DNA from: an uncultured virus (IMG/VR IMGVR_UViG_3300037466_004244)
Taxonomy: Duplodnaviria > Heunggongvirae > Uroviricota > Caudoviricetes
Direction: 5' to 3' (one strand)
Virus record (IMG/VR): IMGVR_UViG_3300037466_004244
Length of the DNA: 64,000 nucleotides
The position numbers and the translations under genes are program-made. This document shows positions 1-9,629 of this stretch, in pieces. Position 1 is the first letter of the stretch, and each line of letters opens with the position of its first letter. The notes beneath the pieces were generated by a model. The model made no database searches, was not told the origin of the DNA, and was given only the letters and a program-made list of their open reading frames with translations.

Positions 1-565
1 GCCTCGCCTCCCCCGCCTCGACCTGCCACCGCGTCCGCTCCTGCCGCTCCCGGGTGAGGTCGGCGGCGTAGGCGTCGCGCTCGGCGATCAGTTCGCGGAA
101 CCCGAGCCGGAAGAGGATCCGGTGCCCCTCCATGTGCCGCTCGCGCTCCTCAGGGGAGTCGCCAGCGAGGACGTGCGCCTCGTCGTAGGCGCGCTGGAGC
201 GCTGCGTCGGTCGCGTCCCGCTCCTGCTCCACCGCGAGGAGGCGGGCCCGGATCCCGTCGATCTCCCGCATCGCCGCCACGAGCAGGGGCCCGGCGTCGG
301 CGATGGCTTCGGCCCACGCGCGCCCGTCCTGCCCGTCGCTTCCGGGCATGGTGGCGGGTACTTCGCAGAGGGTCTGCCCGTCCGCGACGTACAACTCGTA
401 GTGTGTCGTCTCGGTCCCGTGCTCCTCGCTCCAGACCGTGTGTGGCAGCACGACGGGGCGCTCGGCGTTGGGGCCGAGCGGGTCCACGTTGTTGCAGAGG
501 TAGGAGGCGACGGCTTCGGCGCGGGTACGGTTGAACCCCCGCGCTGGGGTCGGGGTGCTATCCAC
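1..565 (-). CDS. Hypothetical phage protein, runs off the window edge
   Basis: GGAGG RBS then GTG at 565, overlapping the upstream stop; reads MDSTPTPARGFNRTRAEAVASYLC... Confidence 0.6.
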   Translation of the reverse strand, partial: MDSTPTPARGFNRTRAEAVASYLCNNVDPLGPNAERPVVLPHTVWSEEHGTETTHYELYVADGQTLCEVPATMPGSDGQDGRAWAEAIADAGPLLVAAMREIDGIRARLLAVEQERDATDAALQRAYDEAHVLAGDSPEERERHMEGHRILFRLGFRELIAERDAYAADLTRERQERTRWQVEAGEAR

Positions 566-1253
566 GGGGCGCCTCCGGGAGCGTGAGGGTGTCGGCGTCG
601 AGCAGGGCGAAGCGGAGGCGCAGGAAAGCGGCGTCGGCGCACGCCCTCCCGGCCTCGCCCGTCTCCGATCCGCGCGGGTCGAAGTAGATGCGCCAGCCCA
701 TCGGCCCGGCGCTGGCGTACATCCCGCCATCGGCGAACGTGAGCGCGACGCCTCCGTGGCTGACCGAGCGGCCCCAGACGCCGTCCCCGCAGTCCTGCCA
801 CGGGCCGACGACTCCTGCGACCGGCCCCACCCCCGCCACGATCCCCCGCACCGACGCCACAAGCAGCGCCGCCGAGTGCTCGACGGACGCGATCCGTCCG
901 CCCGGGAGCGTGGTCGGGAGGAAGGGGGTCAGGTCGTGGTGGATGCGACCCGTGCCGTTGCAGGGCTCGCACTTCGTCGGGTTCGCCGTCGCGCGGTCGA
1001 GACGGCCGGTCCCGTCGCAGTAGCGACACCGCTCCCCCGCGTACGCCCACGCCACGATCCGCGCGGCGACCTCGGGGCGGCGGGCGTCGAGGTCGGCCAT
1101 CGACAGCGAGCCGCCCGGACGACCATCGTAGTCCGCAAGCCAGACGCCTGCGCGGTGCTGCCCGTCGAGAGAGCGCCACGCCACCGGACCGGTCCAGTCG
1201 GTGAGCATCCCAGGCGCCTCGTCGGCGCGGAGGTGGACGTCGTGCGCGGACAT
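558..1253 (-). CDS. Hypothetical protein with CxxCxGxG (DnaJ-type) zinc motifs
   Basis: TGATG coupling at 1253; CRYCDGTG and CEPCNGTG; paralog of 61333-62142. Confidence 0.75.
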   Translation of the reverse strand: MSAHDVHLRADEAPGMLTDWTGPVAWRSLDGQHRAGVWLADYDGRPGGSLSMADLDARRPEVAARIVAWAYAGERCRYCDGTGRLDRATANPTKCEPCNGTGRIHHDLTPFLPTTLPGGRIASVEHSAALLVASVRGIVAGVGPVAGVVGPWQDCGDGVWGRSVSHGGVALTFADGGMYASAGPMGWRIYFDPRGSETGEAGRACADAAFLRLRFALLDADTLTLPEAPRG

Positions 1254-1807
1254 CACTTCCCCCCAGCGGTGCGGTCGAGGCGCTCCAGTTCCGCCAGCCC
1301 GAGCGCGATGGCGATCACGAGGGCGCGGCGCTTGTCCGGCCGCTTGCCCCGATAGCCGTGCTTCGCGACGAGCCCCCAGGGGTCGAAGTTCTCGCCGTGG
1401 TTGCCGTCGGGGTGCGCGACGTGGGCGTCGGTGCCGTCCACAAGGAGCGACGCGGCGGCGATGCGGATCGCGCCGAAGACGTGCTCGTCGTCGTGCGCGT
1501 CGCCCCACTTCGTCCGCTGCTTCTCGCGCTCGGCGAGGACGTCGCGGAGGGCGGTCGGGGTCGGCACGAGCGGCGGCTCCGGGGGCACCGTGTCGCCGTC
1601 GTCGCTGTCCACATCGGCGAGCGTGCCGCCCTCGGTGTCGATCACGTCGGCGAGGTACCAGCCGTTCTGATCGCGCTCCCAACGGGCGATGATGCCGACC
1701 CCGTCGGTATCGGCGGCAGCCATGATCTCGACGGGCATTGGGTCGCCGTCGCGGGTGATGCGCGAGAGCTCGTGCCAGGGGTGAGCGAGGGTCAGGTGGG
1801 TGGGCAT
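1253..1807 (-). CDS. Phage hypothetical protein (ERxxQ...HDDxH...ALxxAELERLDR type)
   Basis: Coupled to both neighbours; C-terminal motif recalls a common phage family. Confidence 0.75.
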   Translation of the reverse strand: MPTHLTLAHPWHELSRITRDGDPMPVEIMAAADTDGVGIIARWERDQNGWYLADVIDTEGGTLADVDSDDGDTVPPEPPLVPTPTALRDVLAEREKQRTKWGDAHDDEHVFGAIRIAAASLLVDGTDAHVAHPDGNHGENFDPWGLVAKHGYRGKRPDKRRALVIAIALGLAELERLDRTAGGK

Positions 1808-3243
1808 CAGGTCTCCGTGGGGTTGAGGGCAGCGCGGGCGCGGCGGAGGTCTGGCATCGTCACGTAGACGCCACGGTTGGAGAGGACGCGCTCCGTCTCC
1901 TCGCCAGGCCAGACGGGGAGCGTGTCGGAGTAGGCGGCGAACGGGGCGAGCGCCTCCTCCAGTTCGGCGAGACGAGCGGCAAGGGCGTCGCGCTCCCGGA
2001 CGACCTCGGCCAACTCGCGATCGCCGAACGCGTCGCGAATCTCGGCATCGGCGGCGCGGGTGAAGAGTTCGTCGGCTCGGGCACGTTCGGCGTCCCTCTC
2101 CACCCGCATCCGGTGGAACGCGTCCACGGCGGTGTCCCGCTCCACCACGATCGCCCGCGCCGTCGCGACGAGGTCGTAGTCGCGGCTCGTGTCGATCCCG
2201 AGCGCGCGGCAGACGGCGAGCGACTCGTCAAGCACGTCGTCCTGCGCCCGGTCGGCGGCGGTGACGCCCGGCATGGAGCACACCGTCGCGCAGAGCACTC
2301 CCGCTGCGTCCGGCACCGTCCGGCACTCTGGCCAGCGGCAGGGGCGCCGGCTCTGGGTGAAGGCGCCGTGCCTCGCGAGCGCCTCCACCTGCGCCCGGTC
2401 GGCGTTGGCGGGCGGGGTGGCGTGGGCGTCGGCGCGCGTCTCTTCCAGAGCCATCGTGAGCATCTCGGCCGAGTGCCCGTCCGCCACGATGATCAGGTCG
2501 CGTCCGCAGGTCAGGCAGCAGCGATCCTCGTCGCACTCCGCCTGCTCGCCGCAGGTGGGGCACATGGCGTGGCGGTCGTCCTCTTCGTCTTCGTGGGCGT
2601 CGGGGCCGTCGCGGTCCTCCGCGATGCGCTCCGCGTCGAACGCCCCAGGAAGCCCGTCCTCCCACGCGTTGGCGAGCGCCCACGTCTCGTGTTGGGCCCG
2701 CACGATGCCGAGAGGCACCCCCTGACGATCGGCCACGCAGAACGGGTAGTCGGAATGCTCGGCGTCGTTGTCGCATGCCGGGGCGTCGGGAGCGCCCGGA
2801 CCCTTCTCGCACCCGCAGTCGGGGTCGGCGCAGGGCTCGTCCGCGATCGGCAGCGCATCGAAGCACGCCCCGCACAGCGGCGTGCCCATCGAGTCGCGCG
2901 TGACCGCGGGGGACGGGCAGCCCTCGCAGGGGACACCGAGCCCTTCGTCGCCCGAATCCGTCTCCTCCACCTCGCGGAAGTCGGTGCGCTCGGCGAGGTC
3001 GGCACGGGTGGGACGCAGGCGTCGCACCGTCGCCTCGGCCGCCTCCTCCGCGGTGGCGAACCGTTCGGCGCGGTCCGGGCCGACCAGCCATGCGCCCTCG
3101 TCGATCCACGTCGGGCCCCAGCGGCGCGAAAGGCGCACGGCACCCGTGGCGTCGTCGGTCGCGTGGCCCTCGGGGAAGGCGTCGTCAGGCTCGTGCCACG
3201 TCCACCCGAGGAGGGGGAGGAGGGAGGAGAGAGGGCGGGTCAT
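1807..3243 (-). CDS. Multidomain Cys-rich / coiled-coil hypothetical protein
   Basis: 478 aa ORF, several CxxC pairs, coupled start and stop. Confidence 0.75.
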   Translation of the reverse strand: MTRPLSSLLPLLGWTWHEPDDAFPEGHATDDATGAVRLSRRWGPTWIDEGAWLVGPDRAERFATAEEAAEATVRRLRPTRADLAERTDFREVEETDSGDEGLGVPCEGCPSPAVTRDSMGTPLCGACFDALPIADEPCADPDCGCEKGPGAPDAPACDNDAEHSDYPFCVADRQGVPLGIVRAQHETWALANAWEDGLPGAFDAERIAEDRDGPDAHEDEEDDRHAMCPTCGEQAECDEDRCCLTCGRDLIIVADGHSAEMLTMALEETRADAHATPPANADRAQVEALARHGAFTQSRRPCRWPECRTVPDAAGVLCATVCSMPGVTAADRAQDDVLDESLAVCRALGIDTSRDYDLVATARAIVVERDTAVDAFHRMRVERDAERARADELFTRAADAEIRDAFGDRELAEVVRERDALAARLAELEEALAPFAAYSDTLPVWPGEETERVLSNRGVYVTMPDLRRARAALNPTET

Positions 3244-3542
3244 CGCACAGCTCCAGTCACGGTTGGGGGAGGAGACTCCATGTCGAACTCGTCACCCGCG
3301 GTGAAGCCGATGTGCGTGGCGACGGTGGAAGCCACCCGAAAGCCCTGCTCGTCGCAGAGCCCGATGAACGCGCCACGGGTCTTGGCAAGCGTCGGCATGT
3401 ACTTGCCGGCGCGGAGGTACAGGCAGGCGAGAGCCGGCAACGCAAGGTCGCTGCTGTAGCAGTCGGTCAGCGCCCGAAGGTTCTCGTCGGTCTTGGGAAC
3501 GAGCGTGGCGAAGGGCTCGGAACGGCCGGGGTCGCGGCTCAT
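3240..3542 (-). CDS. Hypothetical protein
   Basis: ATGA overlap with 3539-4033; MSRDPGRSEPF... Confidence 0.6.
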   Translation of the reverse strand: MSRDPGRSEPFATLVPKTDENLRALTDCYSSDLALPALACLYLRAGKYMPTLAKTRGAFIGLCDEQGFRVASTVATHIGFTAGDEFDMESPPPTVTGAVR

Positions 3543-4033
3543 CGGGACACCGCGGCGAGGCAGGCGAGGCGCATCGAGGCGGCGTGGTCGGTGACGGCGG
3601 AGACGCCGGGGACCGCGATCGTTCGCGCGTCGCCCGTGTCGGTGAACCACCGCGCCGCCTGCGGTCCGCAGAGGCCCCACGCCCAGAGTCCGTGATCGCT
3701 TGGCTCCTCAGAGAGTCGCAAACGTCCGGAGCCCCATCCGTTCGGGTCGAGCCACCAACGCTCCCACCGCGGCGCCGTCGCCCCCACCGCCAGCCCGTGG
3801 TGGTGGGCCAACCAACGCGCGGCGATGTCGCGGCCGATCTCGTCGAGGTCCATCGGCAACTCCGCCAACGCCCGGCGGACGATGCCCTGGTGGCACGCCA
3901 CGAGCGCGTCGTCGCCGAGGTCCGGGCCGACCGCCCAGACGATGCCGGCGAGGATGCCGTCCACGGTGACAGAGGCGCCGCGGCGGTGGAGGCGGCCCGC
4001 GACGGGGGAGGTGAGGGCGGGGAGGGTGGTCAT
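3539..4033 (-). CDS. Hypothetical protein
   Basis: ATGA overlap; MTTLPALTSP... Confidence 0.65.
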   Translation of the reverse strand: MTTLPALTSPVAGRLHRRGASVTVDGILAGIVWAVGPDLGDDALVACHQGIVRRALAELPMDLDEIGRDIAARWLAHHHGLAVGATAPRWERWWLDPNGWGSGRLRLSEEPSDHGLWAWGLCGPQAARWFTDTGDARTIAVPGVSAVTDHAASMRLACLAAVSR

Positions 4034-4779
4034 TGGGCGTGCTCCGTCGTGTCGCGGGTGAACGAGATCGCCCAGACCCAAGGGTTGTCGGACCATTTCG
4101 CGCCATTGGGGGCGAGCAAGTCCCAGAGGTCGGCGAACAGCGAGCGGTAGGCGTTGGTCGTCCCGCGCGCCTCGTCGCACAGCCACGGCGTGCCGGGCTC
4201 CCAACGGATGCCCTCGGCCATGCAGTCCTCGACGCTGATCTCCTGCAGCCGCTCGACACGGACCGCGCCGATCGTCAGGGTCAGGCGGCAAGCCCAGCGG
4301 GGCATGTGGATGGAGGGGCGGGTCGGGATGTCCTTGGCCTCGACCTCCCCATCGGTGCTCGGAAGGCGCGCAACCCACTCCCACCACGCGTCCTCGGCGT
4401 TGCCGTCACGGCTGCTGATCGAGTGCCACTCCTCGGCACCGTCGGCGGGGTAGCGGATCTTGACGTCGTCGCCGTCAGTCCACGCGATGGGACGCCAGTT
4501 CTCCCGCACCCACAGCCTGTCGCCCGGCGCGCCGAAGGGGGATCGCCGCCGCGAGATCGGCGCGCTGACCCACCCCGCGCGCTGGCCATCTCGCCACTCC
4601 TCCGCGTTGGCGCACGCGATGCCACGGTCGATCGTCGCGGTCACGTTGCGCAGGTCCGGCTCGCACATCTCCGGCGGCCACTCGACGTTGGCAACCAGCC
4701 GCCGCGTCTGCGTCTTGCTTCCGTCGAGCACGCGCCGGACGAGCGGGCCGGACATCAGGATGGGGCGTTCGATGGACAT
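4030..4779 (-). CDS. ASCH/PUA-like phage protein
   Basis: ERPILMSGPLVRRVLDGSKTQTRR, GDRLWVRE, RPSIHMPRWACR, VERLQEIS and NPWVW motifs. Confidence 0.85.
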   Translation of the reverse strand: MSIERPILMSGPLVRRVLDGSKTQTRRLVANVEWPPEMCEPDLRNVTATIDRGIACANAEEWRDGQRAGWVSAPISRRRSPFGAPGDRLWVRENWRPIAWTDGDDVKIRYPADGAEEWHSISSRDGNAEDAWWEWVARLPSTDGEVEAKDIPTRPSIHMPRWACRLTLTIGAVRVERLQEISVEDCMAEGIRWEPGTPWLCDEARGTTNAYRSLFADLWDLLAPNGAKWSDNPWVWAISFTRDTTEHAQ

Positions 4780-4836
4780 GGAATCTCCAAGGTGAGAACT
4801 ACAGAACCGCAACCGCCCGCAGCCGGGACACGAGCA

Positions 4837-5253
4837 TCAGAACGGGATGCCGTCGTCGTCAGCACGGGACGCCTCGCGGCGCCCGGTGTTGCGATCGTCA
4901 CGGCCGCGCTCCTCGGACCCGCCACCCTCACGACCGCCGAGGAACTGCACCGTGTCAGCGACGATCTCCGTCGTGTAGCGGTCCTTGCCCTCCTTGTCCT
5001 GCCACTTGCGCGTGGTGAGGCGCCCCTCGACGTAGATCTGCTTGCCCTTCTTGCAGAACTTCGCGACGTTCTCCGCCGTGCGGCCCCACACGACGACCGT
5101 GTGCCATTCCGTCCGGTCCTGCCAGTTGCCGTCCCTGTCCTTGTAGCGGTCGGCGGTGGCGAGGCGGAGGGTGGCGACCGACTGGCCGCTGGGGGTGTTG
5201 CGGAGCTCGGGGTCTTGGCCGAGGTGGCCGATCAAAAGTGCTTTGTTGACCAT
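4837..5253 (-). CDS. ssb: Single-stranded DNA-binding protein
   Basis: VNKALLIGHLGQDPELR...TEWH...KKGKQIYVEGRL; acidic DDDGIPF C-terminal tail. Confidence 0.97.
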   Translation of the reverse strand: MVNKALLIGHLGQDPELRNTPSGQSVATLRLATADRYKDRDGNWQDRTEWHTVVVWGRTAENVAKFCKKGKQIYVEGRLTTRKWQDKEGKDRYTTEIVADTVQFLGGREGGGSEERGRDDRNTGRREASRADDDGIPF

Positions 5254-5260
5254 GGTTCCT

Positions 5261-6010
5261 TCAGGCCGCGTCGTCTTCGATGGCGGCGAGTTGAGCGTTG
5301 AAGCTGTCGTTGGCGATGTCGTCGGGCGGCCCGCCCTTTCCCTTGGCGAGCCGGGTCCGACGACGGTTGAGGAACAGATCGATGGGGTGGATGGCGGCGT
5401 AGGCGGCGCGCAACCGAAGGAACGCCGCCCGCGCGTGTGCGAGTTGTCCGAGAGAGACGTCGAGTTGCTCCCACCCCGAGCCGTCGCGCCCGAACCGGAC
5501 CACAACCCCGCCCGAGAGCGGCTCGTCCGGGAAGTGCTCGTCGTGGAGCACGGCGTAGCCGCCAAGCTGGATCACGGCCTCGGGGTAGATGCCCTTGCTT
5601 GTCTTCCAGTCACACAGCAGCCGGCGGCCCGGCGCCGTCAGCGCGTCGTAGGTGCCGCCGTACTTGTACCGCTCCGAGACAAGCGACACCTCCGCCCGCT
5701 CCAGCTGGATGCCGGTCACCGCGCGCCACTCCTGGTAGGAGGCGAACGCCGCGCCGGCCTCGGCCGCGATGGCTTCCGGGTAGTCGAACAGGAGCGGGCG
5801 GTCCTTGCCGCGGATGTCGGCCTCGATCATCGCGTGGGCGAGCGTGCCGGCCTCGGCGGCGTCGTCGCGAACCTCGCGGTAGTCGCGACCGTCGGCGCCC
5901 AACCGCCACGCCCAGTGCATCAGGCCGCCCGGATCCTTGAACCGGGCGAGAACCGTGGTCACGGACGGGACCCTGGTGCCGTCGGCGAGGCGATAGGGCT
6001 GGGTGGGCAT
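5261..6010 (-). CDS. PD-(D/E)XK exonuclease (phage recombination nuclease)
   Basis: PSVTTVL, GTLAH, GGTYD...CDWKTS...QLGGY motifs. Confidence 0.85.
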   Translation of the reverse strand: MPTQPYRLADGTRVPSVTTVLARFKDPGGLMHWAWRLGADGRDYREVRDDAAEAGTLAHAMIEADIRGKDRPLLFDYPEAIAAEAGAAFASYQEWRAVTGIQLERAEVSLVSERYKYGGTYDALTAPGRRLLCDWKTSKGIYPEAVIQLGGYAVLHDEHFPDEPLSGGVVVRFGRDGSGWEQLDVSLGQLAHARAAFLRLRAAYAAIHPIDLFLNRRRTRLAKGKGGPPDDIANDSFNAQLAAIEDDAA

Positions 6011-6976
6011 CTACTTCGCCGCCGCCATGCCGGTCTGGAGCCAGTCGCGCAGCTTCGCCGCGCCCACCTCACTCTTGAGGTAGTCGTAGAGCTGCTCGCG
6101 CCGCGCCTGCGTCATCGCCGACGGCTTCGGCCGCTTGTTGGCGAGGCACCACGCCTTGATGTCCTCGTACTTGAAGCCGAGCTCGCCGAGCGCCGCGCAG
6201 AAGCGGGCGCGGTCGTCGGCCCACGACGCATCGTGCGCGTCGTCATCGGTCGGCGTCGGCTTCGCGGGGGCCTCGGCGCCATCCTCCAGCCACGCCCGCA
6301 GGATGTCCGCGATGTCCTTGCCGGGCTCGTAGAACGACTTGCCGGCGAGCGCGGAGCACCGCGTCTTCCCGACGCGCGCCTGGGCGCCGTCCAGGTCGAG
6401 GATCAGGTCGAACTCGTACTCCAGGCCGTCGCGCTGGACCGGCTGCATCCCGATCTTCCGGGGGACCTTCCCGCCCTTCCCGTTGTCCTCCAGCACGTAC
6501 TCGGTCTTCGTGCGCATCGTCGCGATGATGTGGACGTTGGCCGACAGGATGGTGTCGATGAGCTTGTTGTGGAGCGGGGTCGCGGCGCGCCAGCCCTTGC
6601 CGAACTTCTCCTTGTCGTTCAGCGCGTCCACGAACTCGAGGAGCCCGCCCTTGCCGGCCCATGCGTGGGACAGGCTGTCGATGATGAGGACGTCGTAGCC
6701 CTCCGCCACCGCCGTCTCGACCGCCCCGATGTACTTGCGGACGTCGAAGTCCTCCATCGTGTCATCCGCGTCGAACGCGAACCGCCCGCCATCGGGGTTG
6801 CGCTCACCTGCGTACTTGGACGCGCTGCCGCGCTCGGTGTCGAACACCGCGATCCGTCCGCCCGGGACAAGCGCATGCGCGATCCGGAGCGCCGTCATGG
6901 TCTTGCCGCTGCCAGCGGTGCCGAGCAGGGCGATGCGGGCGCGAGCCTTCTTCTTCGATGCCTTCTGAAACGCCAT
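6011..6976 (-). CDS. Sak4-like AAA ATPase / single-strand annealing protein
   Basis: Walker A GTAGSGKT, DTERGSA, IIDSLSHAW, EYEFD; adjacent to exonuclease and SSB. Confidence 0.85.
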   Translation of the reverse strand: MAFQKASKKKARARIALLGTAGSGKTMTALRIAHALVPGGRIAVFDTERGSASKYAGERNPDGGRFAFDADDTMEDFDVRKYIGAVETAVAEGYDVLIIDSLSHAWAGKGGLLEFVDALNDKEKFGKGWRAATPLHNKLIDTILSANVHIIATMRTKTEYVLEDNGKGGKVPRKIGMQPVQRDGLEYEFDLILDLDGAQARVGKTRCSALAGKSFYEPGKDIADILRAWLEDGAEAPAKPTPTDDDAHDASWADDRARFCAALGELGFKYEDIKAWCLANKRPKPSAMTQARREQLYDYLKSEVGAAKLRDWLQTGMAAAK

Positions 6977-6979
6977 GGT

Positions 6980-7204
6980 TCACCTCACACAGGAAAGGGA
7001 AGGGTTGGGAGCCTCGATTGCCGCCCGAGCCACCGCCAGCCCATCGAAGTCCCCCGCCGCGAGCGCCGCATCCGCACGACGGGCGTTGGCGAGGTCGCGC
7101 CGGCAGTCGGCGAGGGTGTGGCGGGGGAGGGAGTGTGCCGCGGCGTCGAGGTCCACCGCGAGGTTGGCGGTCAGGGCGGCGTGGTTGGGGGTTCCGTCGG
7201 GCAT
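6980..7204 (-). CDS. Hypothetical protein
   Basis: MPDGTPNHAAL..., fills the gap in the operon. Confidence 0.55.
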   Translation of the reverse strand: MPDGTPNHAALTANLAVDLDAAAHSLPRHTLADCRRDLANARRADAALAAGDFDGLAVARAAIEAPNPSLSCVR

Positions 7205-7205
7205 G

Positions 7206-7493
7206 TCACGCCACCTTCGCGGGCAGGACGCTGTCTGGCGCCTCGGTGTCGTAGGCTTCGCGCGCGCCGGGGAGATCCTTGGTTCGGAGGTACCAGCGCA
7301 GAAGGTTGGTCCACGGCACGCTCTCGATGTCATGGGCCGGCGCGTTCTCGGCCAGCCATGGGATCATGGAGTACGTACCATCGAACTCGCGGCGGGCGTT
7401 CGGGTAGAAGTCGCGGCGGAACCGGCCCTTCCCGGACTTGGTGACGTAGCGGCGTTCGATGACGAGGACGTACTTGTCAGGGTCAACAGGCAT
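7206..7493 (-). CDS. Hypothetical protein
   Basis: GGGAG RBS; natural protein composition. Confidence 0.7.
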   Translation of the reverse strand: MPVDPDKYVLVIERRYVTKSGKGRFRRDFYPNARREFDGTYSMIPWLAENAPAHDIESVPWTNLLRWYLRTKDLPGAREAYDTEAPDSVLPAKVA

Positions 7494-7574
7494 GTCACAC
7501 TCCCGGCGTTGTCAGCCACAGCCCGATGCCGCAGCCAGCGAGAAAGACGAAGAGGGCGAGGAAGAGGCGCCAGA

Positions 7575-7706
7575 TCACCGGCACGCCCAGACGAGCGCGA
7601 CGCCGACCGGGAGGCCGAGCAGGAACGCGGCGGCGATGATGCCGGCGTCGAGCCAGCCGTAGAGGGTGGCGCGGAAGAGGCGGAGGTCGCGGTGGTTCGG
7701 GGCCAT
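7575..7706 (-). CDS. Small membrane protein
   Basis: TGATG coupling; hydrophobic GIIAAAFLLGLPVGVALVW. Confidence 0.6.
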   Translation of the reverse strand: MAPNHRDLRLFRATLYGWLDAGIIAAAFLLGLPVGVALVWACR

Positions 7707-8200
7707 CAGTTCGCCCTCGCCGCGAGCTCGTGCGCCCGGCGCATCCGGGACCGCCACTCCCCGTGCTTCAGCGTGACCATCTCGCCGCCCGCCTCGGGCT
7801 GCACGTTGATGCCGATCTCGCCGGCCGAGCTGACGACCCAGGTGCCGTTCTGCACGCGGCCGCGCCGCTTCGGGGCGTCGGGGAGCACGAGCCGATCCCC
7901 GCGCCGCGGCTCCACGGCGGGATCGCGCGCGATCTTCTCCGGGCGGAACGCGGTGACGGTGAAGTAGTCCGGCCGGTAGACGGTGACGTCGATGATGCGG
8001 GCGGCCTGCAGTTTCCCGAGCGTCGCGGTGACAACCGAAGGCTTGAGCCGGTACCGACCGAAGAACACACGGCCACCGAGGGGGACGCCACCTGCGAACC
8101 GCTCGCGATGGACCAGGAATTCGCGGACCACGGCGCGCGCGGCACGTCCGAAGGTGCTGACGAGCGAGGGCTCACGGGGGATCTTCGCGGCGTTCATCAA
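7706..8200 (-). CDS. Hypothetical protein
   Basis: 164 aa ORF coupled to neighbours. Confidence 0.65.
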   Translation of the reverse strand: MMNAAKIPREPSLVSTFGRAARAVVREFLVHRERFAGGVPLGGRVFFGRYRLKPSVVTATLGKLQAARIIDVTVYRPDYFTVTAFRPEKIARDPAVEPRRGDRLVLPDAPKRRGRVQNGTWVVSSAGEIGINVQPEAGGEMVTLKHGEWRSRMRRAHELAARAN

Positions 8201-8352
8201 TTCGCTCCAATCGCGCCGTCAGCGACGCGCTGCAGGTTCTTCCGAAGCTCGCGATCGCGATTCGGGGTGGAGAGCACGCGCACGGCGGCGTCGCGGATCT
8301 CGGGGGTGGTGGAGAGTTGGTCGGCGTGGGGGCCGAGCTGGCGGCGGGTCAC
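8197..8352 (-). CDS. Small hypothetical protein
   Basis: GTGA overlap with upstream gene. Confidence 0.45.
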   Translation of the reverse strand: MTRRQLGPHADQLSTTPEIRDAAVRVLSTPNRDRELRKNLQRVADGAIGAN

Positions 8353-8684
8353 GCCAGCACCACCGACCACTCGACGATCACCACGGCCACCGGAAACGTC
8401 TCGTTGTTGGCCAGCACCCGCTCCCGGAGGCGGGCCGTCTGCCGTGCATCCTCGATCGTCGTGCTGTGCCAGGTGACGAATTCGTTGCCGTCGTCGGTGA
8501 CGGTCCAACCGTCGGCGTCCGGGCGGATGGCGATCGTCACGACGCGGTGGGCCATGCGGTCGCGCTCAGCCTCCGCTTCCGCCTGCGAGGCGAGGTCGTG
8601 CGAGCACCACGCGCCGGTCGCGCTCCAGACGCGCCAGACGTTGGGGAGGTTGTAGACCTGGTCGACGATCAGGGTGGTGTTCAT
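8349..8684 (-). CDS. Hypothetical protein
   Basis: GGAG RBS, ATGA overlap; MNTTLIVDQ... Confidence 0.65.
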   Translation of the reverse strand: MNTTLIVDQVYNLPNVWRVWSATGAWCSHDLASQAEAEAERDRMAHRVVTIAIRPDADGWTVTDDGNEFVTWHSTTIEDARQTARLRERVLANNETFPVAVVIVEWSVVLA

Positions 8685-8878
8685 GCTGCGCTCCGCATCG
8701 CCGTCCGCCCGGCGTGGTAGTTCCGGACCCACGGCCGGCGCGTCAGGACGAGGAACGGGCTCTCGACCGTGGCGTGCCCGTCGCGGACGAGCTCGTCCCG
8801 CGTGGTGGCCGGGAGGTCGGAGAGGAACACGCGGCCGCGGGGGTCGCAGACGAGGCGGGCGGACTCGAGGGCGGTCAT
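8681..8878 (-). CDS. Hypothetical protein
   Basis: GGAGG RBS, TGATG coupling. Confidence 0.6.
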   Translation of the reverse strand: MTALESARLVCDPRGRVFLSDLPATTRDELVRDGHATVESPFLVLTRRPWVRNYHAGRTAMRSAA

Positions 8879-9210
8879 CACGCCCTCCGCCATTCGGAGC
8901 CGACGCGCACGAGGCCCGCCTGCGTGAGAACGCGGGTGGCGCGCTCGACATCCGCCGCGGGGCCGAGCAGCATCCAGCCGCGATCGGTGGCGGACACGTC
9001 GACCGAGAGGCCGAGATCGCCGCACAGCGTGTCGCGGATCGTGTCGGTGAGCGTGGGCACGACACCGAGCGAGAAGTCCGCCGCACCGGAGAGGTCGGGC
9101 TCGGCGTGCGCCGGGAGGGGCGCGGTCGCCGGGGAGCAGCCGGTGTGGCGCATGGGACGGTGGGGCTTGAGGCCGAGGGCGCGGCGGGTGGCGCGGAGGG
9201 AGGGGGTCAT
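8878..9210 (-). CDS. Hypothetical protein
   Basis: GGAG RBS; coupled stop. Confidence 0.6.
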   Translation of the reverse strand: MTPSLRATRRALGLKPHRPMRHTGCSPATAPLPAHAEPDLSGAADFSLGVVPTLTDTIRDTLCGDLGLSVDVSATDRGWMLLGPAADVERATRVLTQAGLVRVGSEWRRA

Positions 9211-9225
9211 CGGGGGCTCCAGCGG

Positions 9226-9510
9226 TCAGGAGAGGACGCCGCGCGCGGCGTTGAGACGGTCGCGGCGCTCGCAGACGAACGCGATGCGGTCGAGGTGCTG
9301 GCAGGACACGGGGTCCTCGATGCAGCGCAGCGCCTCGGCGAACCCATCGAGGGCCGCCTCCACCTTCGCGGCGTCGTCAGCCGTGAGGACAATCGCCCCC
9401 TCGCCGAGCAGCGCGCCGAGCCGGCGCACCGCTTCCGCGATGTCCGCGCGCAGCGTCACGCAGCGCTCGAAGAACGCGACGGTGGCGATTCGGAACGGAA
9501 AACGTCTCAT
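9226..9510 (-). CDS. Hypothetical protein, first gene of the leftward operon
   Basis: 94 aa helical ORF. Confidence 0.55.
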   Translation of the reverse strand: MRRFPFRIATVAFFERCVTLRADIAEAVRRLGALLGEGAIVLTADDAAKVEAALDGFAEALRCIEDPVSCQHLDRIAFVCERRDRLNAARGVLS

Positions 9511-9629
9511 GCGAGGTTCCGGGTTTCCCGCACTGGACCGATCGGGTGCATGCTGACGGTGAGGTCGGCATGGACTGGATCGAGATGGCGCGGGTCTGGG
9601 ACGAGGCGGTGGAGAGGCGCCGGTCCGTC

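Noticed and set aside
5261..6010. Cas4 / CRISPR association of the PD-(D/E)XK nuclease
   Set aside because: No Fe-S cysteine cluster, no cas genes or array; context is a Sak4-SSB recombination module
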